From Rhynchopus sp. YZ270_cl-10 (Eukaryota), in contig OZ037844.1 of assembly GCA_964035575.1 (NCBI GenBank), positions 1,240,001-1,304,000 of the forward strand: a stretch of 64,000 nucleotides of DNA. The letters are read 5' to 3'. The stretch's first letter is position 1; each line of letters begins with the position of its first letter. The position numbers and the translations under genes are program-made. The notes below the pieces were generated by a model. It did not search any database and was not told the DNA's origin. It worked only from the letters and a program-made list of their open reading frames with translations. Below are positions 11,815-23,850 of the stretch, piece by piece.

Positions 11815-13377
11815 ATGTCGAAGCGACACGCAGACAGCACCCCTGACGAGAAGGCACCAAAGAGAAGAAAGCTTTCTGCAGACTCGGTCTTGGTGGAGGC
11901 TGCCAGGAACGGCGACACGACTGCCGTGCGGGCGGGACTTGAGAAGCTCATCCCAGACACAGACAGCAAAACGGTTTCCTTCGATGCTGTGCACGAGGCA
12001 TGCAGAGGGAACCACGATGAATGCCTCGCACTGCTTCTTCCGTATGTTGAGACGACGCAGATGGGCTTCGGGATGCTGCTGAGTGAGTGCATCCACGCAG
12101 ACCACACTGCGTGCACGGAGGTCCTCTTGCAGCATTGGAAGTCAGTCTGCAGCAACGTTGCGTTTGTCCCACACGGGAGCAAGACGAAACCTCGTCCCTG
12201 TCCAGCCATGTGGGCGGACCCTGCAGTGTGTCAGGTGCTCATTGATGCAGGGGCAGACATCGAGACAAAGGATGAGAGGGGACTTTCACCTCTGCTATGG
12301 GCGAGCATTTCAGGCAAGATCGAAGTCGTGAAGATGTTGGTCAAAGCAGGTGCGGGAGTGCGTGTCACAGACACAGAAGGGCACACATGTCTTACCCTTG
12401 CGGCATGGAGTGGACACACCGAGACTGTGAAGATGTTGGTCAAAGCAGGTGCGGACCTGAGCGCTACAGACAACAAAGGAGATACATGTCTGACCATTGC
12501 GGCATGTTTTGGACACACCGAAATTGTGCGCTATCTTGTGGGCTTGCCAGAGGTGAACGTGAATCACTCAGGTGATGAAGGCTTCACTGCGCTGCACTGG
12601 GCATGTCAAGAAGACTACCGCACTATGGTGGAGGTCCTCATTGATGCAGGTGCAGACATCGAGGCGAAGGACGAGGAGGGATATTCGCCTCTGCTCAGAG
12701 CGAGCAAGGATGCGTCTCTCGATACTGTGAAGATGTTGGTCAAAGCAGGTGCGGGAGTGCGTGTGACAGACAACAGAGAACACACGTGTCTTACCCTTGC
12801 GGCATGGTGTGGACACACCGAGACTGTGCGCCATCTTTTGTGCTTGCCTGAGGTGGATGTGCATCAGTCAAATAACAGGGGATACACTGCACTGCATCGC
12901 GCAGTGGCAATGAAGCACTCTGCTGTGGTGGAGGTGCTCATTGATGCAGGGGCAGACGTTGAGGGAAAGCGTGATGGGATCTGCAATACACCTCTGCACT
13001 ATGCTTGTGAGGTTGGGGAACGCGAAATTGTGAGGATGTTACTGGAAGCAGGTGCAGACATCGAGGCAAAAGACGAGAACGGAGGATCGCCTCTGCTCTT
13101 GGCCAGCAAGGAAGGGTCTCTCGATACTGTGAAGAAGTTGCTTGAAGCAGGGGCGGACGTTTGTGCCACTAACGAGGTCGGAGACACATGTCTTTTATTT
13201 GCGGCTTATTGTGGACACACCGAGATTGTGCGCTATCTTGTGGGCTTGCCTGAGGTGGATGTGAATCACAGGACGAGGGCGGGCTGCACTGCGTTGCAGC
13301 GTGCGAGGAAGAAACCACATGCAGATGTGGTGCAGGTTCTCCTGGAACACGGTGCCAGCGACGAACCCACCGCGTGA
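11815..13377 (+). CDS. Ankyrin-repeat protein, 520 aa
   Basis: Conserved N-module plus GADIE/GxSPL, GxTCL, GxTALH repeat triplets. Confidence 0.93.
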   Translation: MSKRHADSTPDEKAPKRRKLSADSVLVEAARNGDTTAVRAGLEKLIPDTDSKTVSFDAVHEACRGNHDECLALLLPYVETTQMGFGMLLSECIHADHTACTEVLLQHWKSVCSNVAFVPHGSKTKPRPCPAMWADPAVCQVLIDAGADIETKDERGLSPLLWASISGKIEVVKMLVKAGAGVRVTDTEGHTCLTLAAWSGHTETVKMLVKAGADLSATDNKGDTCLTIAACFGHTEIVRYLVGLPEVNVNHSGDEGFTALHWACQEDYRTMVEVLIDAGADIEAKDEEGYSPLLRASKDASLDTVKMLVKAGAGVRVTDNREHTCLTLAAWCGHTETVRHLLCLPEVDVHQSNNRGYTALHRAVAMKHSAVVEVLIDAGADVEGKRDGICNTPLHYACEVGEREIVRMLLEAGADIEAKDENGGSPLLLASKEGSLDTVKKLLEAGADVCATNEVGDTCLLFAAYCGHTEIVRYLVGLPEVDVNHRTRAGCTALQRARKKPHADVVQVLLEHGASDEPTA

Positions 13378-14086
13378 GTAGCTTTCTTGGTGGCTTTTCC
13401 TGGTCTTTCGTGAGGATCGCGTCAGCTCACAAAGGGGGGATGGAATGACATTTGGAATGAAAAGAGGGAAGTGAAGGTGACACTGCACCAACGTCACAGG
13501 CGTGTGATAGCATCCATTATTATTACCGTCTTCATAAACTGTTTGGACCGGACATAGTTTGGTCCGTATTTTACGGTTTTGCATTTCATTTGGCACTTCA
13601 CACGGTCACCATTTTTACGAACACAGTATTTTATTGTCTTTCCCAGCTTTCCAACAGGAAATAGAAACGACTGCCTGCCCCACTTTTGTTTCGGTACGAC
13701 ATCTCTGTCTTTCTCAACACTCATTTCCCATCGGTTGCTCTTTCCATCTCCCCCACCTCCTCATGGGCAGTCCTCATCCAGGATCCCGCTTCCAGAGTCG
13801 GGTAACGGACAAGGCAAACATGCCTTCTAGGTTGTTTGATTACGATACAGCGAATTAGTTGCCAAGGGCTCTGTCACGAACACCAGGGGATAGGTTATTT
13901 TTGGAACACATCTGTGCGATGTGATGTGTGCTCGCGTCGTGGGGTTTGTGCAGGGTAGAGGGTCGGGGTGCTCTGCAGTGTGGATGCTGCAGGCCAGATC
14001 CCTCGAGTTGTCTTTATGGCGAATGTATACCACCCACCACTCACCTCACAACCTCCAGAAAAGAAACAGTATAAAAGACACAAACC

Positions 14087-16213
14087 ATGTCGAAGCGACA
14101 CGCAGACAGCACACCTGACGAGAAGGCATCAAAGAGAAGAAAGCTTTCAGACTCGGTCTTGGTGGAGGCTGCCAGGAACGGCGACACGACTGCCGTGCGG
14201 GTGGGACTTGAGAAGCTCAGCCCAGACACAGACAGCAAAACGGTTGCCTTCGATGCTGTGCACGAGGCATGCAGAGGGAACCACGATGAATGCCTCGCAC
14301 GACTTCTTCCCCACTACGTTGACCGAACGAACGGCTTTGGGATACTGCTGAGTGAGTGCATCCACGCAGACCACACTGCGTGCACGGAGGTCCTTTTGCA
14401 GCATTGGAAGTCATGCTCGGACAACACCCGTGTCTGCTTGGAAGTGGATGTGGACGAGCTCCTGCTGACCTGTCTGCACCTGAAGCGAGTGGAGGTGCTT
14501 GCGATGCTGCTGAAGGAACACAAGCTGGACCTGAATGGGAGGCGCATCAAGCCGTTGTGTGTGGCTGCACACCTTGGGGATCTTGCGAGTGCAGAGCTGC
14601 TCGTCGCGTCTGGGGCAGGGGTGGAGGTGCAGAGTGAGAATGACGCGAGCTGTGCACGTCCGCTGTACATTGCAGCGTGCCGTGGCGATGCGGATGTGGT
14701 GCAGTTTCTTGTTGCGAAGGGTGCAGACTGCGAACACTGTGTTGATGGGATGACTGCGCTGGATGCTGCTGTTGCTGGGCATCACCTTGCCTGTGTGAAG
14801 GCACTTCTTTCTGGCGGTGCTGTGGGCAAGCCTGTTGATGAGGAGGCAGCTCTTGTGCTGCGTGCGGTGCTTGCAGGGGCAGAGGACGTGCTCCACTTCG
14901 CCTTGGTGGAGGCTGCCAGGAACGGCGACACGACTGCCGTGCGGGTGGGACTTGAGAAGCTCAGACCAGACGAAGACAGCAAAACGGTTGCCTTCGATGC
15001 TGTGCACGAGGCATGCAGAGGGAACCACGATGAATGCCTCGCACTGCTTCTTCCGTATGTTGAGACAACGCAGATGGGCTTCGGGATGTTGCTGAGTGAG
15101 TGCATCCACGCAGACCACACTGCGTGCACGGAGGTCCTCTTGCAGCATTGGAAGTCAGTCTGCAGCAACGTTGCGTTTGTCCCACACGGGCACAAGGATG
15201 AGACCCAAGGTACGACACCTCGTCCCTGTCCAGCCATGTGGGAGGACCCTGCAGTGTGTCAGGTGCTCATTGATGCAGGTGCAGACATCGAGACAAAGGA
15301 TGAGGATGAACGTTCACCTCTGCTCAGGGCGAGCATTTCAAGCAAGTCCGCAGTTGTGAAGATGTTGGTCGAAGCAGGTGCGGGAGTGTGTGTCACAGAC
15401 CACAATGGAGACACGTGTCTTATGCTTGCTGCAGTCTTTGGACACATCGAGACTGTGCGCTATCTTGTGGGTTTGAAGGATGTGGACGTGAATCACGCAG
15501 AGAACAACGGCAACGCTGTGTTGCACTGGACAGTGCTGAAAGGACATGTCGATGTGGTGCAGGTGCTAATTGATGCAGGGGCAGACATAGAAGCGAGGAA
15601 CAAAGATGACGAACAGGGGCGTTCACCTCTGCTCTTGGCAAGTGTCGAAGGGCATCTCGATATTGTGAAGATGTTGGTCGAAGCAGGTGCGGGAGTCCGT
15701 GTCACAGACAACAATGGAGACACATGTCTTGACCTTGCGTCATTTTTTGGACACACCGAGATTGTGCGTTATCTTGTGGGCTTGCCAGAGGTGGACGCGA
15801 GCAAGAAGTCTACCGATGGTAACACTGCGATGATTCTTGCTGCTTTAGTCAGTCATGCAGCCGTGGTGGAGGTGCTCATTGATGCAGGTGCAGACATTGA
15901 TGGCAAGGACGAGAAGGGGAGGTCGCCTCTGCTATGGGCCAGTAAGAGAGGAGCACCGAATATTGTGAAGATATTGGTCAAAGCAGGTGCAGGAGTGTGT
16001 GTCACAGACAACCGTGGAGACACGTGTCTTACCCTTGCGGCTGCCAATGGACACACTGAGACTGTGCGTACTCTTCTGTGCATGCCTGAGGTGGACGTGA
16101 ATCACAGGACGAGGGCGGGCCGCACTGCGTTGCAGCGTGCGAGGAAGAAACCACATGCAGATGTGGTGCAGATTCTCCTGGAACACGGTGTCAGCGACGA
16201 ACCCACCGCGTGA
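14087..16213 (+). CDS. Ankyrin-repeat protein, 708 aa, with duplicated N-terminal module
   Basis: First ~368 aa identical to the 9106 gene; different repeat cassettes afterwards. Confidence 0.92.
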   Translation: MSKRHADSTPDEKASKRRKLSDSVLVEAARNGDTTAVRVGLEKLSPDTDSKTVAFDAVHEACRGNHDECLARLLPHYVDRTNGFGILLSECIHADHTACTEVLLQHWKSCSDNTRVCLEVDVDELLLTCLHLKRVEVLAMLLKEHKLDLNGRRIKPLCVAAHLGDLASAELLVASGAGVEVQSENDASCARPLYIAACRGDADVVQFLVAKGADCEHCVDGMTALDAAVAGHHLACVKALLSGGAVGKPVDEEAALVLRAVLAGAEDVLHFALVEAARNGDTTAVRVGLEKLRPDEDSKTVAFDAVHEACRGNHDECLALLLPYVETTQMGFGMLLSECIHADHTACTEVLLQHWKSVCSNVAFVPHGHKDETQGTTPRPCPAMWEDPAVCQVLIDAGADIETKDEDERSPLLRASISSKSAVVKMLVEAGAGVCVTDHNGDTCLMLAAVFGHIETVRYLVGLKDVDVNHAENNGNAVLHWTVLKGHVDVVQVLIDAGADIEARNKDDEQGRSPLLLASVEGHLDIVKMLVEAGAGVRVTDNNGDTCLDLASFFGHTEIVRYLVGLPEVDASKKSTDGNTAMILAALVSHAAVVEVLIDAGADIDGKDEKGRSPLLWASKRGAPNIVKILVKAGAGVCVTDNRGDTCLTLAAANGHTETVRTLLCMPEVDVNHRTRAGRTALQRARKKPHADVVQILLEHGVSDEPTA

Positions 16214-16924
16214 GTAGCTTTCTTGGTGACTTTTCCTCGTATGGTATTTCGTGAGGATCGCGTCAGATCACAAAGGGGGGATGGAATGACATTTGGAATG
16301 AAAAGAGGGAAGTGAAGGTGACACTGCACCAACGTCACAGGCGTGTGATAGCATCCATTATTATTACCGTCTTCATAAACTGTTTGGACCAGACATAGTT
16401 TGGTCCGTATTTTACGCTTTTGCATTTCATTTGGTACTTCACACGGTCACCATTTTTACGAACACAGTATTTTATTGTCATTCCCAGCTTTCCAATAGGA
16501 AACAGAAACGACTGCCTGCCCCACTTTTGTTTTCGGTACGACATCTCTGTCTTTCTCAACACTCATTTCCCATCGGTTGCTCTTTCCATCTCCCCCACCT
16601 CCTCATGGGCAGTCCTCATCCAGGATCCCGCTTCCAGAGTCGGGCAACGGACAAGGCAAACATGCCTTCTAGGTTGTTTGATTACGACACAGCGAATTAG
16701 TTGGCAAGGGCTCTGTCACGAACACCAGGGGATAGGTTATTTTTGGAACACATCTGTGCGATGTGATGTGTGCTCGCGTCGTGGGGTTCGTGCAGGGTAG
16801 AGGGTCGGGGTGCTCTGCAGTGTGGATGCTGCAGGCCACATCCCTGCAGTTGTCTTTATGGCGAATGTATACCACCACTCACCTCACAACCTCCAGAAAA
16901 GAAACAGCATAACAGACACAAACC

Positions 16925-17921
16925 ATGTCGAAGCGACACGCAGACAGCACCCCTGACGAGAAGGCACCAAAGAGAAGAAAGCTTTCTGCAGACTCGGTCT
17001 TGGTGGAGGCTGCCAGGAACGGCGACACGACTGCCGTGCGGGCGGGACTTGAGAAGCTCAGCCCAGACACAGACAGCAAAACGGTTTCCTTCGATGCTGT
17101 GCACGAGGCATGCAGAGGGAACCACGATGAATGCCTCGCACGACTTCTTCCCCACTACGTTGACCGAACGAACGGCTTTGGGATCCTGCTGAGTGAGTGC
17201 ATCCACGCAGACCACACTGCGTGCACGGAGGTCCTCTTGCAGCATTGGAAGTCATGCTCGGACAACACCCGTGTCTGCTTGGAAGTCGATGTGGACGAGC
17301 TCCTGCTGACCTGTCTGCACCTGAAGCGAGTGGAGGTTTCCAACAGGAAATAGAAACGACTGCCTGCCCCACTTTTGTTTCGGTACGACATCTCTGTCTT
17401 TCTCAACACTCATTTCCCATCGGTTTTTCGCGACCGCACGACTTGCACAGCATACGTGACGCCTACAGACGTGCTGGAGGCACTGCTTGATACTGGGGCA
17501 GACACCGAGGCAAAGAATGTGGAGGGGTGGTCGGCGCTACTCGTTGCGAGCAGCGCAGGTGAAGCAAAATCTGTGAAGCTGTTAGTCGAAGCAGGTGCGG
17601 GAGTGTGTGTCACAGACAACGAAGGACGCACATGTCTTATTCTTGCGTCAGGCGCTGGACACATGTCTTGACCTTGCGTCATTTTTTGGACACACCGAGA
17701 CTGTGCGCTATCTTGTGGGTTTGAAGGAGGTGAACGTGAACTACCTAGGTTATGAAGGCTGTACTGCGTTACACTTAGCTGCACAACAAGTTCTTCCTGA
17801 TGTGGTGAAGCTTCTGTTGGAGCACGGTGCGGACAAGTCGTTGTGCAATGAGGCGGGGGAGACGGCACTTGATAATGCAGCAGCAGGTGGGTGTCGTGAG
17901 TGTTGTCGGCTCTTGAGCTGA
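16925..17921 (+). pseudogene. Rearranged ankyrin gene: truncated N-terminus (16925-17338), inserted spacer fragment, frameshifted C-terminal repeats (~17468-17921)
   Basis: Coding sequence switches at ~17338 into spacer sequence TTCCAACAGGAAATAG; repeats resume at ~17468 with a frameshift at ~17660; C-cap as in the 18301 gene. Confidence 0.85.
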
Positions 17922-18300
17922 ACCATTTGGGTTTCTTTACCCATCTGCCTGTGACGAGAACTATCTAACCATCTGCAAGCAGGTTCAGATTCACATTCAT
18001 ATTTATTTTTGGGTTTTTTACTTTTAGTATTCTCTTCAGTATGTGTCTGAACGCAACCAAACAGTGCCCCTCTCTCTCTGTCCCTATCCCTGCTTGGCAG
18101 CATCAGCATGATGAGACGAAAGAGGTGCTCTTTGCTGTACCAGGGGGTTCGAGTGGAGTACGGCTTCCGATAGTTTCTGGAACAATAAAGTTTCAGAAAC
18201 TTGTGTCAGCGAACTTTGTTTTGTTTGGTTTGAGTACTGTACGTGAACATCCTATACAATACCAGGAGCACACTCAGGGGCTTTCGTTTTTAAACAAACC

Positions 18301-20040
18301 ATGTCGAAGCAACACACAGACAGCACCGAAAAGAAGTCACGGAAGAGAAGAAAGCTTTCAGACCAGGTCTTGGTGGAGGCTGCCAGGAACGGCGACAGGA
18401 CTGCCGTGCGGGTGGGAATTTGGGAGCTCAGCCCAGACACAGTCAGCAAAACGGTTGCCTTCGATGCTGTGCACGAGGCATGCAGAGGGAACCACGATGA
18501 ATGCCTCGCACTGCTTCTTCCGTATGTTGAGACAACGCAGATGGGCTTCGGGATGCTGCTGAGTGAGTGCGTCCACGCAGACCACACTGCGTGCACGGAG
18601 GTCCTCTTGCAGCATTGGAAGTCAGTCTGCAGCAACGTTGCGTTTGTCCCACACGGGCAGGAGGCAGACATCGACGGTAAGACACCTCGTCCCTGTCCAG
18701 CCATGTGGGCGGACCCTGCAGTGTGTCAGGTGCTCATTGATGCAGGGGCAGACATCGAGACAAAGGATGAGGATGGACGTTCACCTCTGCACGTGGCGAG
18801 CTCTTACGGCAATCTTGGCATTGTGAGGATGTTGGGCAAAGCAGGTGCGGACGTGAGTGTCAGAAGCAAGGGTGGCAGCACAACTCTTCACTTTGCTGCA
18901 CATCAAGGACACACCGAGACTGTGCACTATCTTGCGGGCTTGAAGGATGTGGACGTCAATCACTCAGGTGTTGACGGCTACACTGCGTTGCACTTCGCAG
19001 TGCAGCAACAGTTTCCCGATGTGGTGAAGGTGCTCATTGATGCAGGTGCAGACATCGAGGCTAAGGCTGATAGGGGGTCTTCTCCTCTGTTGAAGGCGAG
19101 CAGCACAGGACAACTCAGAGTTGTGAAGATGTTGATCGAAGCAGGTGCCGGGGTGGGTGTAATGAACAACGATGGAAAGACGTGTCTTATGTTTGCTGCG
19201 GATGCTGGACACACCGAGACTGTGCGCTATCTTGTGGACTTGCCGCAGGTCGAAGTGAACCAAGCAGATAGGAGCGACGGGGCTACTGCGTTGCACTTCG
19301 CATGTCAGAAGTATCCCGATGTGGCGCAGGTGCTCATTGATGCAGGTGCAGACATCGAGACAAAGGATTACCTGGAATATTCGCCTCTGCTCAAGGCGAG
19401 CACTTCAGGAGCACTCGATGTTGTGAAGGTGTTGGTCAGATCAGGTGCGGAAATGTGCGAGGCAGACCATGCAGGGGACCCATGTCTTATCCTTGCAGCA
19501 TATCATGGACACATCGAGACTGTGCGCACTCTTCTGTGCATGCCTGAGGTGGGCATAGATAACCCAGGAGCGTGCGGCTTCACTGCGTTGCACCACGCAG
19601 CACGTCAAGGACATGCAGATGTGCTGCAGGCACTGCTTGATGCAGGGGCAGACATCGAGGCAAAGAATGTGGAGGGGAGGTCGGCGCTACTCGTGGCGAG
19701 CATCGCAGGTGAAGCAAAATCTGTGAAGCTGTTAGTCGAAGCAGGTGCGGGAGTGTGTGTCACTGAGAACAACGGACTCACATGTCTTACGATTGCGTCA
19801 CATTTTGGACACACCGAGACTGTGCGTTATCTTGTGGGTTTGAAGGAGGTGGACGTGAATCACGCAGCGAACAGCGGCTGCACTGCGTTACACTTAGCTG
19901 CATATCAAAGGCTTCCGGATGTGGTGAAGCTTCTGTTGGAGCACGGTGCGGACAAGTCGTTGTGCAATGAGGGAGAGGAGACGGCACTTGATAATGCAGC
20001 AGCAGGTGGGTGTCGTGAGTGTTGTCGGCTCTTGAGCTGA
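18301..20040 (+). CDS. Ankyrin-repeat protein, 579 aa
   Basis: Conserved N-module, triplet cassettes, C-cap ...GGCRECCRLLS. Confidence 0.93.
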   Translation: MSKQHTDSTEKKSRKRRKLSDQVLVEAARNGDRTAVRVGIWELSPDTVSKTVAFDAVHEACRGNHDECLALLLPYVETTQMGFGMLLSECVHADHTACTEVLLQHWKSVCSNVAFVPHGQEADIDGKTPRPCPAMWADPAVCQVLIDAGADIETKDEDGRSPLHVASSYGNLGIVRMLGKAGADVSVRSKGGSTTLHFAAHQGHTETVHYLAGLKDVDVNHSGVDGYTALHFAVQQQFPDVVKVLIDAGADIEAKADRGSSPLLKASSTGQLRVVKMLIEAGAGVGVMNNDGKTCLMFAADAGHTETVRYLVDLPQVEVNQADRSDGATALHFACQKYPDVAQVLIDAGADIETKDYLEYSPLLKASTSGALDVVKVLVRSGAEMCEADHAGDPCLILAAYHGHIETVRTLLCMPEVGIDNPGACGFTALHHAARQGHADVLQALLDAGADIEAKNVEGRSALLVASIAGEAKSVKLLVEAGAGVCVTENNGLTCLTIASHFGHTETVRYLVGLKEVDVNHAANSGCTALHLAAYQRLPDVVKLLLEHGADKSLCNEGEETALDNAAAGGCRECCRLLS

Positions 20041-20280
20041 ACCATTTGGGTTTCTTTATCCATCTGCCTGTGACGAGAACTATCTAACCATCTACAAGCA
20101 GGTTCAGATTCACATTCATATTTATTTTTGGGTTTTTTGTATTTCATTGCTTTCTCTCATTCTCATTGCTATATTTCCCAACCAAACTGTGCCCCCTCCC
20201 TCTCTCTCTCTCCCTTTTTCTCTCACCCCCCTCACCACATCCACACCCAGAACCAGACAATATACCCAAAGAGTTCAAAG

Positions 20281-21492
20281 ATGCTGACCGCAGGAAACAT
20301 GAGACGTGCCACACAGGGTGCACTGCGCCGTGCCTCCAGCCACCCCTCGCTGCACACCTTCTCCGAGGACGAGCGTGCCTTGGTTGACATGGTCTCTTCC
20401 TTCGCACAGCAGGAGATTGCACCGAAGGTGATGGCGATGGACGAGGCACAGAAGATGTGCCCCGACCTTATTAAGAAATGCTTCGACCAGGGGCTGATGG
20501 GGGTAGATGTGGACAGCGACTACGGTGGCGCGAATCTGGGACTGTTCGGATCGGTCATTGTGATCGAGGAGCTTGCGAAGGTGGACCCCTCTGTCTCGGT
20601 GATGGTCGATGTGCAGAACACCCTGGTGAACAACAGCTTCAAGAACTACGCGAACGATGCGCTGAAGGCGGAGTTCCTGCCGCGTCTTGCCTCCTCCGAG
20701 ATGGGATGCTTCTGTCTCTCCGAGGCAAGCAGCGGCTCCGACGCCTTTGCGCTCAAGACCACAGCAGAGAAGCGTGGTGATGAATACGTTCTCAACGGCC
20801 GCAAAATGTGGATCACAAACTCCGGCGAGGCTGACATCTTCCTTGTCATGGCCAACGTCGACCCTAGTCAAGGCTACAAAGGGATTACCTGCTTTGTTGT
20901 CGAAAAATCCAACCCCGGAGTGAAGGTCGGACGCAAAGAAAACAAACTCGGCATCCGCAGCAGCAGCACCCACGAAATCGACTTCACAGACTGCGTGGTG
21001 AAGGCCGACCGCATCGTGGGAGACCTGGGGAAAGGGTACAAGATTGCTATTGAGAGTCTCAATGAGGGACGCATTGGGATCGGCGCACAGATGATTGGGC
21101 TTGCTCAGGGGGCCTTCGACGGTGCAGTGAAGTACACCCTAGAGAGGAAGCAGTTCGGACAGCCCATTGGCTCCTTCCAGGCAATGCAGCACCAACAGGC
21201 GCAGGCCGCAGTGCACCTTGAGGGAGCCCGCCTCATGGTCTACAACGCCGCTCGCAAGAAGATGAACGGAGAAGACTTCATCGCCGACGCTGCCATGGCC
21301 AAGCTCTACGCCTCCCAGGTCGCACAGCAGGTAACCAGCCAGGCCATCGACTGGATGGGGGGAGTCGGCTTCGTCAAGGACTACCCTGCCGAGAAATTCT
21401 ACCGTGACTCCAAAATCGGCTCGATCTACGAGGGTACCAGCAACATCCAGCTCACCACCATCGCAAAGATCCTCCAGGCAAAGCACGCATAA
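20281..21492 (+). CDS. ACADSB: Short/branched-chain acyl-CoA dehydrogenase, mitochondrial
   Basis: FCLSEASSGSDAF, GRKMWITNS, KENKLGIRSSST, LNEGRIGIGAQMIGLAQG, ERKQFG and IYEGTSNIQL (catalytic Glu); Arg-rich presequence from Met 20281. Confidence 0.9.
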   Translation: MLTAGNMRRATQGALRRASSHPSLHTFSEDERALVDMVSSFAQQEIAPKVMAMDEAQKMCPDLIKKCFDQGLMGVDVDSDYGGANLGLFGSVIVIEELAKVDPSVSVMVDVQNTLVNNSFKNYANDALKAEFLPRLASSEMGCFCLSEASSGSDAFALKTTAEKRGDEYVLNGRKMWITNSGEADIFLVMANVDPSQGYKGITCFVVEKSNPGVKVGRKENKLGIRSSSTHEIDFTDCVVKADRIVGDLGKGYKIAIESLNEGRIGIGAQMIGLAQGAFDGAVKYTLERKQFGQPIGSFQAMQHQQAQAAVHLEGARLMVYNAARKKMNGEDFIADAAMAKLYASQVAQQVTSQAIDWMGGVGFVKDYPAEKFYRDSKIGSIYEGTSNIQLTTIAKILQAKHA

Positions 21493-22309
21493 AAACACAG
21501 TGGAGATTGCACAAACTGTGGCAACACAACCGAGGCAACTACACTACTCCAACAATTTATCAAAAAAAAGAGCACAAAGGGAGATAAAAAGGATTTTTAA
21601 GGTGGGGTGTGTTTCATATGGAATGTGAGAGTTTTTTTTTTGGGGAGGGGTGCCTGTTCCAGAGGCATTTTTATTTTATAAAGGCATCGTCAAAACGCTA
21701 CTTTGAGTGTTTATTTTTTTTGATCTCCCCCCGGTGTTTATGGCCACACCAAAGGTCTTCCGAGCATATCTGATATGATACTCCGGTAGACTGGGGTCCA
21801 GAAACGACGTGGTGCACCGGGTGTCTGAGTCCCCTGCATCTGGCGATATTTAAAAATTGAAAATGGATATAAATACCCTATGCTGTACAATGTCATGAGA
21901 GGTCGTTGTATTTTTTCAAGCTTCATTTTTCAAGAAAATTTGGTGTCAGTGTAAGACACCCAAGGATGAGCTCCACTTTTCTGTTTTTTTATTTTATTTT
22001 TACAAGGTGTCCACTAGAAACAAAAGGCCAATGTAGACACAGGACCCGAGAGGCTTGACGTACATACACGCATACCTTCTGCTTTCTGCATCATACTGTG
22101 TCGTCTTGCCCACTCCATAGCTAGGGTCTTGTGGGGAGAGGAAAGGGGGGCAGTCAGGTGGAGGGTTCCACCAAAATTGTCTTGGGGTTGAGTTCAAGGG
22201 GAAACAGAGCATCGTGTGTATTATGTACAATTTTTTTTCTTCCTTTTTGTGCAGGGGTGCTCATACGAGATATGACATATGATCCTGATTTTTTTTATTT
22301 TTATTTTTT

Positions 22310-22820
22310 TTTTTTACCCTTGTTTAAGAGTATGGGTTCATATTTTGTGAAAATTTAAGTCACTAAAATTTTGTCCATTTTTTCGAAATGACCCCACCGC
22401 TTTCTGGAAAAGATTCAGAAATGCCAAAAACCGATGTTTTGGGTCACGAATCCCGCACCCCGACTACCGTAGATTTTTGACGATTTTGCTCGGTACGTTT
22501 TTCCTTACTAAAACCAGAGAATCTCATATTTCACAGTAAGGGTACTTCAGAGTGTTTTTGCACACACATATGACCCCACCGTGGAGAGCAATCGGCTCGC
22601 ACAATCAAAAGAAAGCAGAGAAAAGGGAAAAAGAAAAAAGACAAAAGTTGGGTACCGTGCGCCTGCGGCGCTACTGTGTTCCCACTCAAAACACCACAAT
22701 TTCATCTGAAGTTGGGTTTTCAAACCTGAAAATGACCCTTGTTTACGAGTATGGGTTCATATTTTGAAAAAATTTAAGTCAATAAAATTTTGTCCATTTT
22801 TCCAAAATGACCCCATCACT
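22310..22820. repeat. Dispersed repeat family; related copies at ~32650-33340 (+) and ~38810-39220 (-)
   Basis: Shared CCTTGTTTACGAGTATGGGTTCATATTTTG..AAATTTAAGTCACTAAAATTTTGTCCATT and GTACCGTGCGCCTGCGGCGCT blocks. Confidence 0.8.
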
Positions 22821-22939
22821 TTCTGCAATCGCACCGAATCGGACGATGCGATCGACAAAAACGCCCAAAAATGCACCCCATACCCCTTTTTTTTTCGTGA
22901 TCTGGACCAGGTTTTTTTTTTTTTTTGGATCATATCTCA

Positions 22940-23850
22940 CAGGGTTTTATATAGGAATTTTTTCCTGAACAAACAGGGGCAAAAACTGAGGGTTCATTTT
23001 TTCTCACCCAGAAACGGAAAATGTGTTTTGAAAAAAAATTTCCGCGCTGCGCGCGGAAAATTACTACCCCCAACAGCCCTAAAAAATTGATGCTACCCAC
23101 ACGTAACGTAAAGTCGAAGACATCCTTCGCATAATGGAAAGGGATAATTCGATTCCCAACGAACTGCCGGACAATCTCCTAGGGGAGATCGATCATCCAA
23201 GAATGTGTGTCACGAAAGAATCGTGCACTCGAACCTCACCTATGGTGACGATGATCTGTGACAGTCGCCTATCTAGATCGACTAGAAAAGCTCCATAAAG
23301 ATTTTTTATTCAGGAGCAGGGCTTATATAGCGTCACCCAAAGGTTCCTGGCGAAGCCACGGTACGCAACATTTTTAAAAAATGTTGACATAAAATGGCAC
23401 TGACGTTAGTAATTATCGTCAGTTTCCGTAAATTTTACTTAGGTATTTTGCTAAAACGAAAGTTTCTGGCGAAGCCACGGTACGCAACATTTCAAAAAAA
23501 AATCCCTTAAAATTGCACATATTTACAACCAAACTATGTCATGGGAGGGTGGTTGCAATCTTGCGCCGCAGGCGCACGGTACGCTACTTTTTCTTTCGCC
23601 ATGCTGTATGCTTCCTTTTGCCACCGGGCCGTCCTTCCATTTGCCCGGGCTGTAGTTTCTTCGGTACGTATTTCTTTGGCATTTTGTGTTTTTTTTCTTG
23701 TTGTGGCGGGTTCCTACGTCACGAGTCGTGTTCTAAGCCAGTAAAACGCCAAAAAAAAAAATTTTTTTTTAGGTCCGAAAAGGGGAATTTTTTTTTTTTT
23801 TTCAATAACTGAGGATTGCCCTCAGTTCTGACCCCCTATATAAAAGTCTG
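22940..23850. mobile_element. hAT-type MITE, family A copy 1 (nested)
   Basis: Termini CAGGGTTTTATATAGG / CCTATATAAAAGTCTG; perfect 8-bp TSD ATATCTCA. Confidence 0.9.

Noticed and set aside
8392..16924. Recurrent small ORFs in the spacers as conserved microproteins
   Set aside because: They recur only because the spacer DNA is duplicated; indels in the fourth copy change them.
20128..20280. N-terminal extensions in the ORF track (20128, 24754, 33750, 46467, 5551)
   Set aside because: They start at non-ATG codons in pyrimidine-rich or AC-rich leader sequence; homology begins at downstream ATGs.
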